Shown here piece by piece: positions 53,479 to 64,000 of a stretch of DNA of 64,000 bases. This DNA comes from Eledone cirrhosa (lineage: Eukaryota): positions 31,186,001 through 31,250,000 of the forward strand of contig OZ024760.1 of assembly GCA_964016885.1 (NCBI GenBank), written 5' to 3'. The notes under the pieces are model-generated. The model was not told the DNA's origin and did no database searches. It worked only from the letters and a program-made list of their open reading frames with translations. The first letter of the stretch is position 1. Every line of letters begins with the position of its first letter. A program made the position numbers and the translations under genes.

Positions 53479-53597
53479 TTAGATAGATAGATATATATAT
53501 AGATGTCAACATGAATAGACCTATTAGTTTTATCTAAAGATACTTTTTTCCAATTCCAACCCGCCCGTCCCCTCAATCTATCTTATTTCTCATTCTT

Positions 53598-53633
53598 TCT
53601 TCTGATGAAGGACTAGTGTCCAAAACGTTAAGA
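53598..53633 (+). ncRNA. Degenerate minimal hammerhead
   Basis: TCTT CTGATGA aGGAC-tagt-GTCC AAAAC GTT AAGA (G12 apparently mutated). Confidence 0.5.
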
Positions 53634-53757
53634 CCCTCTTCCTGCTATTTCAAGCATTAACCTAATATATTTCTTCCATATACTGTACCAATTGTGTTGT
53701 TATTTCTGTTTACCTTTTACATACATATATATATATATATATACATACATACATACA

Positions 53758-53830
<73 letters not shown>

Positions 53831-53884
53831 CGGCGATGAATTAGTTTTGCAAGGTTTTTTATATGAAATCGTGTGTCGAAACAA

Positions 53885-54449
53885 ATATTGTTATACTTGG
53901 GGAGGGTCATATTTGTGTAATATTGCCAGAATTAATAACAGAACACACTCACTGTTTGGTTGGTTTTCGCTTCTCGCTTCTGTGTCTTTTATATCGGTAA
54001 TCTAACTTACTCTGTCCTCAATGTTGCCATTGACTGACCGACGGTCAAAAATAATACAGATACAATATAGACACAAACACATATATATAGTTTATCATAA
54101 ATCTTTCGTTGCACATCTGCAACATCGCCAGTGGTGCTATCGTTTCCTCCCATTGCATTGTATGTCTACGCCATTTTTATTCAGTCTCTGCAACGATGTT
54201 GCAGATGTGCAACGAAAGATTTATGATAAACTATATATATGTGTTTGTGTCTATATTGTATCTGTATTATTTTTGACCGTCGGTCAGTCAATGGCAACAT
54301 TGAGGACCGAGTAAGTTAGATTACCGATATAAAAGACACAGAAGCGAGAAGCGAAAACCAACCAAAAAAACCAACCAAACAATGAGTGTGTTCTGTAATT
54401 AATTCTGGCAATATTACACAAATATGACCCTCCCCAAGTATAACAATAT
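53885..54449. repeat. ~245-bp-arm inverted repeat with ~67-bp spacer; related single copy at 1450-1600
   Basis: Arms are reverse complements; contains GTTGCA-gatg-TGCAAC GAAA hairpin. Confidence 0.88.
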
Positions 54450-54515
54450 ATATATATATGTTGATTTAAAACTGCACTATCCACAAGTGTTTTTAACCTT
54501 CATATCATGTCCTCC

Positions 54516-54585
54516 TATTTTATCTGATGAAAACACAAATGTTATTGCATGATGATATTTGTTTTTGAAATGCGCATAATAAAAT
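54516..54585 (+). ncRNA. Minimal hammerhead-like motif (degenerate copy at 13205-13265)
   Basis: TATTTTAT CTGATGA AAAcaCAAATGTTA...TGATATTTGtTTTT GAAA tgcg CA taATAAAATA; C rather than U at 16.1. Confidence 0.55.
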
Positions 54586-54616
54586 ACATGGAACTCATTT
54601 AACCATCTTTTGATCT

Positions 54617-54657
<41 letters not shown>

Positions 54658-54691
54658 CATACATACACACACACATATATATATATATATA

Positions 54692-55329
54692 TCATCATCA
54701 TCTTCGTTTAACGTCCATCTTCCACACTAGCATGGGTTAGACGGGAGTTGTCCCACTTGAGGCAAGGTTGGTCGGGTGACCGTGTCTTGCTCATATAGGA
54801 CTATCTGGCAGGTTTTCTACGGTTGGATGCCCTTCCTAACACCAACCACATTTACAGTGTGGAACTGGGAACTTTTTACCGTGTTACCTACACGGCCACA
54901 TTACAGAGTGGACTGTGTGTTTTTTTCTTGTGACACCTACACGATCTCAATCTCATTATCTCATTTATTTGGACTGGATGTTGTGGTACCAACTTTACAC
55001 AGAGAGGGTGGTGTTGGTGGGAGTGGGAGGATAGAGTAGGGGTAGTGGATTGAGGTGTATATTTGGTTAAGAGGTGCCTACTGACTGTAGGTTTCGCTTT
55101 GTACATAGGCAAGGCGGGTCTTCTGTATTACTGCATAGCGCCAAAGATCTCGGTCCAGTGACATTGTCTTAGAGAGGTACAAGTGTGTGAGGTCGGAATT
55201 TATCAGATCGTCCCAAGTTTTTCTGGGTCTGCCTACTCCGTAACTACCATCAATTTTGATCGCCCTACACTTTTTTATACAGCTGTCGTCTTTCATGCGC
55301 ATCACGTGGCCATACCAACGTAGTCTTCT
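54692..55329 (-). mobile_element. RTE LINE 3' fragment
   Basis: RRLRWYGHVMRM..GRPRKTW; near-identical to 23012-23640. Confidence 0.9.
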
Positions 55330-56329
55330 GGTGTTGTGTAGCAGAAGCAAAGGGGACAACCGTTTATGCATTTTAAGCTTGGCTGGCCATCGTCAGCACG
55401 ATACTTCCCAGTGATCTGCGACTGCTGGACTTGAAAACAGCCGAGAATATATAGTTTTCTCGTCTGTGTAAATGAGGTGATTAATCTCATTTGCATATGA
55501 AGCTGCATAAGTTCAGCAGTCGCGGAGTTTTGGGAGGGATCATCCTTCTTTCGAAATACGAAATTTCTATACATATTGTATAAAGCTATGCTTGAAGCGA
55601 AATCCTATTTCTTTTCTATATGTATGTATATATATATGTTCAGAGAAACAATTGTCAGCAATGAGATTAAAAACCTTTTTTGTATAGCAAACCGTGTCAC
55701 TCTTCTTTCTTGATTTATCATTACTCCAAGTGTTTACAACATAGAAATTACAGCGTACTCACAACATCACTATGGAAACGCCTTGTTGAGTCAAACTTAG
55801 CCAAGCATTGATATCATCCACTACCCGGAGTACCATAACTGGACTACACCTAAGTGGACTACCTATAACAATAATTTGTTACCCCGTATATATATACATA
55901 ATATATATATGTGCGTATGTATGCATATATGATGGCTGCCCTCTCGTTATCGAGCATGGCCATTGCACGATATACCATTATTAATAATTATTAATTAATT
56001 CTATCGTGCAATGCCCGTGCGTGAAGATATTTTTTAAAGTGAGGAAAGACTGCACTGAGCCAATCCCACTCTCTGAGCGACAGTAGCTATAACCCGAAAA
56101 GAAGAAAAGATCCACATCATCGGTAACTACTGAGCCGCAGGTTTTATATCAGAGTTATCCCAGTTTCCTGAGTTGCCTTCTCCTAGAAGAATGCTCTTTC
56201 AAAGACTAGGGGTCTTTCACTCTCAGTGGTTTAACCGCGCGATTGGGTATCCAGCCCAACTATTTCTATGTCCCTACGCATATACATACATTTGTACATG
56301 TATATATACATACATACATATATACATAC

Positions 56330-56402
<73 letters not shown>

Positions 56403-56407
56403 CAAGA

Positions 56408-58973
56408 CTATCAAGTGGCCAGGAGGGAAGCTAGGAGACAAGTGTACTTTGCAAGAAGGGAAGCAGAGGAAAGAAAGTTCAAGCATGTTCTACAACGCGA
56501 GGACCAAAAACGTGAGGTGTTCAGGATTGCTAGGCAATGTGTCAAGGAAAACCGTGATAATGTTGGGGAGAAGTGTGTACTAAATGATGATGGCGTACTC
56601 GCCATCACTGACGCTGATAAGAAGGTCGCTTGGAAGTGTCACTACGAGAGGCTACTAAATGAGGAGAATAAATGGGAGAAGGATAGTCTCCCCCAGATTG
56701 ATCCAATAGAGGGACCAGCAGTGTTAGTTGAAGGTAGTATAATAAGTAAGGCAATCAAAGATATGAAGACGGGTAAGGCGGCTGGGCCTTCGGAAATAGT
56801 CGCTGAGATGCTGAAGGCCTCTGGAACGGTGGGATACACCATGGTCACCCGGATAGTAAACCAAGTCATACAGAATGGGGTTGTTCCGAAGGACTGGCGT
56901 AGCAGCATCATCATTAACTGTTACAAGGGTAAAGGAGACGCCCTAGATAGGAGTAACTATAGAGGGATTAAATTAATCGACCAGGTCATGAAGGTCACGG
57001 AAAAAGTAATAGTGCAACTAATCAGAGAGAGAATCGATCTAGATGAAATGCAGTTCGGGTTTGTGTCAGGCAAAAGTACCACAGACGCTCTTTTCATTTT
57101 ACGACAACTACAGGAGAAGTACCTAGCTAAAAGTAAACCCCTATACTTAGCCTTTGTCGACTTGGAGAAAGCCTTCGACAGAGTCCCCGTTCCATTATCT
57201 GGTGGGCTCTTAGAAAACTAGGTGTTGACGAATGGCTTGTGAGAGCTATAGAAGCCATGTATAAAGAAACAGTGAGCAAGGTTAGAATTAACAACGAATA
57301 TAGTGAAGAGTTTAGCGTAAAAGTTGGTGTCCATCAGGGCTCTGTTCTTAGCCCCCTACTATTCATTATTGCTCTTCAGGCTATAACAGAGGAGTTCAAG
57401 ACCGGCTGCCCATGGGAACTCCTATACGCAGATGACCTAACGCTCATAGCTGAATCAATGGCCGAGCTAGAGAAGAAATTCCAAACATGGAAGCATGGCC
57501 TAGAATCAAAAGGCCTTGAAATTAACATGGCTAAGACTAAAGTTCTAGTTTGTAGGAAAGAAAATAAGGCGCCGGTCCCTTCCGGGAAATGGCCATGCTC
57601 AGTGTGTAGGAAAGGCGTAGGTAGAAACTCCATTTTATGTCCCAAATGCAAAGTATGGGTGCATAAAAGATGTAGTGGGATCACAGGTAAGCTAACTAAG
57701 AACACAGATTTTACATGTGGCCGGTGCTCTGGTGCAATAAGTAGCAGCAAGTGCCCACAAAATACTAGCTCTTTCAACTGCGCAGAGGGTTCTATAGAAA
57801 TAGTGGACAGCTTCCGTTACCTGGGTGACAAAATCAGCAGTGGGGGAGGGTGCTCCGAAAGTACAGTAGCTAGAGTCAGAACTGGATGGAAAAAGTTCAG
57901 AGAGCTTATACCACTATTAGCCGCTAAAGGGTTCTCCCTAAAAGTGAAAGGCAGGTTGTATGATGCCTGCATACGAACAGCAATGTTGCATGGCAGTGAG
58001 ACCTGGGCATTGTGTGCAGAGGATATACGCAGACTAGAGAGGAACGAAGCTTGCATGCTCCGCTGGATGTGTAATAGTAATATACGCGAACGGCAAAGCA
58101 TAAATGAACTAAGGAAAAAATTAGAAATAAGAGGGATCAGATGTTGTTTACTCGAGAGAAGGCTACGTTGGTATGGTCACGTGATGCGCATGAAAGACGA
58201 CAGCTGTATAACAAAGTGCAGGGCAATAAAGATAGACGGTAGCCACGGAGTAGGCAGACCCAGAAAAACCTGCGCATGAAAGACGACAGCTGTATAACAA
58301 AGTGCAGGGCAATAAAGATAGACGGTAGCCACGGAGTAGGCAGACCCAGAAAAACCTGGGACGAGCTGATAAATTCCGACCTCACACACTTACACCTCTC
58401 CAAGACAATGTCACTGGACCGAGAGCTTTGGCGGTACTCAGTAATAGAGAAGACCCGCGTTACCTAAATACAAAGTAAAACCTACTACAGTCAGTAGGCA
58501 TCTCTAACAAAATACACCCCCGTCCCACCACCCCCACCCCATCCACACCGCCCCTTTCAATGTAAAGTTATGTTGGTGCCACAAAATCCAGGCCGAAACA
58601 AATGACATCGTGTAGGTGTCACGACAAAAAAAACACACAGTCCACGCTGTAATGTGACCGTGTAGGCAACACGGTAAAAACGTCCCAGTCCCACACTGTA
58701 AATGTGGTTGGTGTTAGGAAGGGCATCCAGCTGTAGAAAACCTGCCAGACAGTCCACGCTGTAATGTGGCCGTGTAGGCAACACGGTAAAAACCTCCCAG
58801 CCCCACACTGTAAATGTGGTTGGTGTTAGGAAGGGCATCCAACTGTAGAAAACCCGCCAGACAGTCCTACGCGAGCAAGACAACCACTCTTGCCTCAAGT
58901 GGGAAAACTCCCGTCCAAACCCATGCAAGCATGGAACACGGACGTTAAACGATGATGATGATGATGATGATGA
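56408..58973 (+). mobile_element. RTE LINE, 5'-truncated, one frameshift (~57190) and an 86-bp internal duplication (58185-58356)
   Basis: [28 protein letters not shown]4HC3 finger, FRYLG; (GAT)n tail. Confidence 0.94.
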
Positions 58974-58981
58974 TACATATA

Positions 58982-59019
<38 letters not shown>

Positions 59020-59383
59020 CGTGGAGGTGCCACGGCAAAAAAGCACCCAGCACTCACTGTAAATGAGGTTGGTGTTAGGAAGGGCATCCAGCTGTAGAAA
59101 TCAAACCAGAATCAGTTCCCGTCCCACCCTTGCAAGCAGGGAAAAAGCGGGCGTAAAATGAAATGATGATGATGATATACATACATACATACATCGTTGT
59201 TAAATAAAATAAAATATCTCTATCTTCTTCCTATTTTCTTCCATCTGGTGTCTGAATAAAGTTAGTGAAGCAAAGGAAACACAAGACGACTTCCTTATTA
59301 CGCATGCGTGGTTTGAAAAACACAAAACAAGATCGATAACTCCTTCCATTTCGCTTGTTCGTACTTTCACTTTCTTTTTCGCC

Positions 59384-59534
<151 letters not shown>

Positions 59535-60098
59535 ATATATATTATATGTATAATATCTTTGGCCACCTCGTTATTTCCTCCTCTGAAATCTCTAGACTTA
59601 TCTCTTTATGATTTCGTTCTAAATATCTTCCCCCCACCCGCTCATACCCCACCCTTCATTCACCTTCTATCTCTCTCTTTCTTTCTACAATATTCTCTCT
59701 CTCTCAATATATATATTTCTCCCCCTCCTTCTTTCTCTCTTTCTTCTCTTTTTCTTTCTCTCGGCTGCTTTCTTTCCTTCCTTGTTCACTCCAACATCAC
59801 TCCCACGGCTTCATGCATACATCTGTGAATGTGTGCACGTGTCTGTGCCAGTGTGTGCATGTGTGTATGAGAGTGTGTGATGGTGTGTGTATGGCTGGCT
59901 GTATGTATGTATGTATGTGTGTGTGTATGTGAGGGTGTGTAATGTTGTGTACGTGTGTAAGGTGGTGTGTACATGTGTATGAGGGGATGTGTGTGTGTGT
60001 GTATGAGAGGGTGTGTGTGTGTGTGTATGTGTCTTTGGTTTCTTCTAGCGAAGCGCAACAATTGCTGAAATCTTTGGAGTAAGATAGTTTTCCATACG

Positions 60099-60139
<41 letters not shown>

Positions 60140-60179
60140 ATACACATACATATACATATATACATACATATATTTATAT

Positions 60180-60212
<33 letters not shown>

Positions 60213-60273
60213 TATACATGTCTCAATACGTAAAATATATTTAACACACAAATAGTACCCAAGTATATATCTA

Positions 60274-60361
<88 letters not shown>

Positions 60362-60520
60362 TAGATAGATAGATATATATATGTATAGTGGTCAGTTTGT
60401 GTAGGCTTATGAAGAATCGGTATTGGATAGATTGACGGGAGAGTTCCGTTGGGTCTCTTCTCACAGCTGTCTGTAATTACAACAACCACTTACCCAGAAA
60501 TCAGGTAATTCCTAATATAT

Positions 60521-60612
<92 letters not shown>

Positions 60613-61278
60613 GTCTATATATATCTGTCAACCAACCAACCTGTCTCTCTATCTACCTATCTGTCTGTCTGTCTGTCTATCTGTCCGTCTGTCTGTCTGT
60701 CTATCTGTCCGTCTGTCTGTCTGTCTATCTGTCCGTCTGTCTGTCTATCTATCTGTCTGTCTATCTATCTGTCTGTTTATCTATCTCCAACTATTACTAC
60801 GCACGTATCCGTATATTTCATTCATCAGACAGCGGCCATGCTGGGGCTATATATCTATATATAAATGGCCGTATGTTTAGCTAGGACCTAGCTGTGGGTC
60901 TTAAACACGATCTTACGACTTCTCTTGTCTATCATATTGTGATGTGTCTTAAGATGGCTCTCATTATTTACCAGGAACAGTTCTCTCTGTCCGTAAACCA
61001 TTCCTGCCTCCATTGAACTGGGACATGTACATAGCTTAATGTGTGAGTGAGTGTACGTGTGTGTATATGTGTGTGAGTATGTGTGTGAGTGTATGTATGT
61101 GAGTACGTGTGTGTATGTGTGTGTGTGAGTGTATGTGTGTATGTGTACGTGTCTGTGTGTGTGAGTGTATGTGTGTATGTAAGTGAGTGTACGTGTATGA
61201 GTGTATGTGCGTATGAATGAGTGTATGTAGGTGTATATGTGTGTATATATATGTGTGTAAGTATATATGTGTATGTAG

Positions 61279-61347
<69 letters not shown>

Positions 61348-61681
61348 TGTATGTATGTGTGCGCGCGTGAGCGTATGTATAATATATAATCTCCTTCGCC
61401 TCCACACACACACTCTCCCCACCCACAATTGTGTGTGTGTGTATGTGTGTACGAGTGTGTATGTCTGTGCGTGTTTATGTCTGCGTGTTTGTGTACGTGT
61501 GTCTATATATGTGTGTATATATATATGTGTATATATGTTTATATATATGTGTGAATATATATATGTGTGTGTGTATGATATATATGTGTGTGTATGTGAT
61601 ATATGTATGTGTGTATTTATATATATGTGTGTGTGTGTGTATGTGATATATATATGTGTGTGTGATATATGTATGTGTGTA

Positions 61682-61741
<60 letters not shown>

Positions 61742-61744
<3 letters not shown>

Positions 61745-61935
61745 CGAAGGAGGTGTGGTAAGGAACCAGGTAGACCATAACGCACCAGAGTACTAAATAC
61801 TTAGGGTAGTAGAGTGGGTAATAGGGAAATGTTTAACCCCGACGGCAGAGCCTAAGCCGTTTCGACGGCTATTTCTGGAGAGAAATAGCCGTCGAAACGG
61901 CTTGAGCTCTGCCGTCGGGGTTAAACATTTTCCTA
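61742..61935. mobile_element. TA-flanked short element with fold-back end (family also at 9110-9205, 15830-15950, 30885-31058, 40140-40310, 44716-44878)
   Basis: Shared GGTAAGGAACCA..GACCATAACGCACCAGAGTACT..TACTTAGGGTAGTAGAGTGGGTAATAGG; palindromic end around GTCGAAACGG. Confidence 0.75.
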
Positions 61936-61936
61936 C

Positions 61937-61989
<53 letters not shown>

Positions 61990-62032
61990 ATATATATATA
62001 TATATATATACCATAAATATATATATATACCA

Positions 62033-62846
62033 CCACTGCCCATGTTTTCTGTGGTCTTCCTCTACTGCGTCTTCCATCTACTGGGATTTCTTGGCACTTC
62101 TTTACCCAATGGTCATCTTCCATGTGTATCACATGTCCATACCAACGCAATCTTCTCTCCCACGCACTACAGTTTATCCCTCTTGTACACAGTCTCTCTC
62201 TCAACTCTGCTTGGTTGTTCACGCACATTGACATTGTACAGCCATTGGAGCATGCTTGCATCATTTCTTTCCAGCTGTTGCATATCCTCCGCAGTTGCTG
62301 TCCATGTCTCACTACCATGCAGCATTGTGTATTTCACACAGGCATCATACAACCGGCCTTTCGGTCGTAGGGAAAAACCCTTCATTGTCAACAGAGGAAC
62401 CAACTCCATAAACTTCTTCCAACCCACTCTTATTCTAGATACTATGGCCTCGGAACACCCTCCTCTCTTGCTAATTTGATCACCTAGATATCGGAAGCTT
62501 TCAACCACCTCTATAGATCCTACCTGTGTTTGAAAAACGTGCCTGTCACTGATACTTCTACTATTAATTTTCCCTGAACATCTACTACATATGAAGTTTT
62601 GCTTTCCTGTTAGTTTGCCTGTTATCTCACTACATCTCTTGTGTACCCAACATCTGCATTGTGTACATTCTATAGAGTTTATGCCAACTCCTTTTCTACA
62701 TATCGAACATGGCCATTTCCCTGATGGAATCAGAGTCTTGACCTCTTTGTTACTTACCAATACTTCAGTCTTTGCTAGGTTCACTCTCAGTCCTCTTGAT
62801 TCCAACTGCTGTTTCCACAGCTGGAATTTATTCTCTAGCTCCTCTA
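62033..62846 (-). mobile_element. Divergent RTE LINE fragment
   Basis: GLRVNLAKT, GKWPCSICRKGVG..C..C..WVHKRC, FRYLG, RRLRWYGHV. Confidence 0.9.
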
Positions 62847-62850
62847 ATAC

Positions 62851-62922
<72 letters not shown>

Positions 62923-63514
62923 AACTAGAAAATAAATTCTGCTCATGGAAACTGAATTTGGAACAAATTAGTTGATTCATGATGGAAGCAAATTGGTAGA
63001 CTACCATTTGCCTCCATCATGGATCAACTCAGCACTTTTGCCATAATAACACATTTTGAACTGCTTATCTTCAAGAACTATGCCTGTAAATAATATTATT
63101 TTTTCTTTCCCATTACCTTATCATGTTCCACATTACCCCCTTTTTTTCTTTTTTTCTTTTCACTTCAAAAACCTTGTTTGTAAATAATATTATTCTTTCT
63201 TTCCCATTTCCTTAACATGTTCAACATCACATTATCTTCCCTCCAACATTTTACACCAATACAAATTCCCCCCTTTGATAATGCATAAAATGCTGAAACC
63301 GGTAATAGACAATTATTAAATATATAAATAAATAAATAAATGCCATTGTTAATTAATTAATAAATTAACTAATACCTTAACACTTCACACAAAGTAAAAT
63401 ATTTTGTTTTAAACATTTTCTAACCCAGAAAAAAGAGAAAAAAATAAAAAGGAAAATAATATATTTTTCTTCCTAATAATCGTCTCTTTCTCCCTATTTT
63501 CATATATATATATA

Positions 63515-64000
63515 TAAAATGAAAGGCAGGTTGTACGATGCCTGCATACGAACAGCAATGCTGCATGGCAGTGAGACCTGGGCATTGTGTGCAGAGGATA
63601 TACGCAGACTAGAGAGGAACGAAGCTTGCATGCTCCGCTGGATGTGTAACAGTAATATACGTGAACGGCAAAGCATAAACGAACTAAGGAATAAATTAGA
63701 GATAAGAGGGATCAGATGTTGTTTACTCGAGAGAAGGCTACGTTGGTATGGACACGTGATGCGCATGAAAGTCGATAGCTGTATAACAAAGTGCAGGGCA
63801 ATAAAGATAGACGGTAGTCACGGAATAGGCAGACCTAGAAAAACCTGGGACGAGCTGATAAACTCCGACATCACACACTTACACCTCTCCAAGACAATGT
63901 CACTGGACCGAGACCTTTGGCGGTACTCAGTAACAGAGAAGACCCGCCTTACCTAAATATATAGTAAAACCTACTCCAGCCAGTAGGCATCTCTAACAAA
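63515..64000 (+). mobile_element. RTE LINE 3' fragment running off the window
   Basis: KGRLYDACIRTAMLHGSETW...KTRLT*. Confidence 0.9.

Noticed and set aside
51591-53576. First ~33 aa of the 661-aa ORF
   Set aside because: Read-through into flanking DNA beyond the LINE 5' truncation at ~53478
55330-55620. Coding-looking segment next to an RTE fragment
   Set aside because: Stops in the plausible frames and no motif I can name; left unassigned

Overview
Eukaryotic, AT-rich, microsatellite-dense animal DNA, probably a coleoid cephalopod (Octopus-like; inferred from composition and SINE/RTE types, not proven). There are three compact host genes: an intronless short STIP1/Hop (TPR2A-TPR2B-DP2 only, minus strand), PTRHD1 (2 coding exons, plus) and NSMCE1/Nse1 (2 coding exons, minus). 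The rest is mobile DNA: a complete 4.2-kb Ty3/Gypsy element with LTRs and TSD, many 5'-truncated RTE LINEs whose RT carries an internal PHD-type finger, an L1/Tx1-like LINE, CR1-like pieces, a non-autonomous Helitron, piggyBac- and Tc1-type MITEs, tRNA-derived SINEs and several minisatellites. The most striking unannotated signal is about 20 type-I hammerhead-ribozyme (HHR) motifs from at least 6 sequence families. They include minimal forms with a palindromic stem III and U3:A8 and U4A core variants. Most sit in short ORF-less modules flanked by (TA)n, many forming fold-back palindromes, consistent with termini of Penelope-like retroelements or retrozyme-like RNAs. All (TA)n-derived ORFs in the supplied track are artefacts. 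Coordinates were read by eye.
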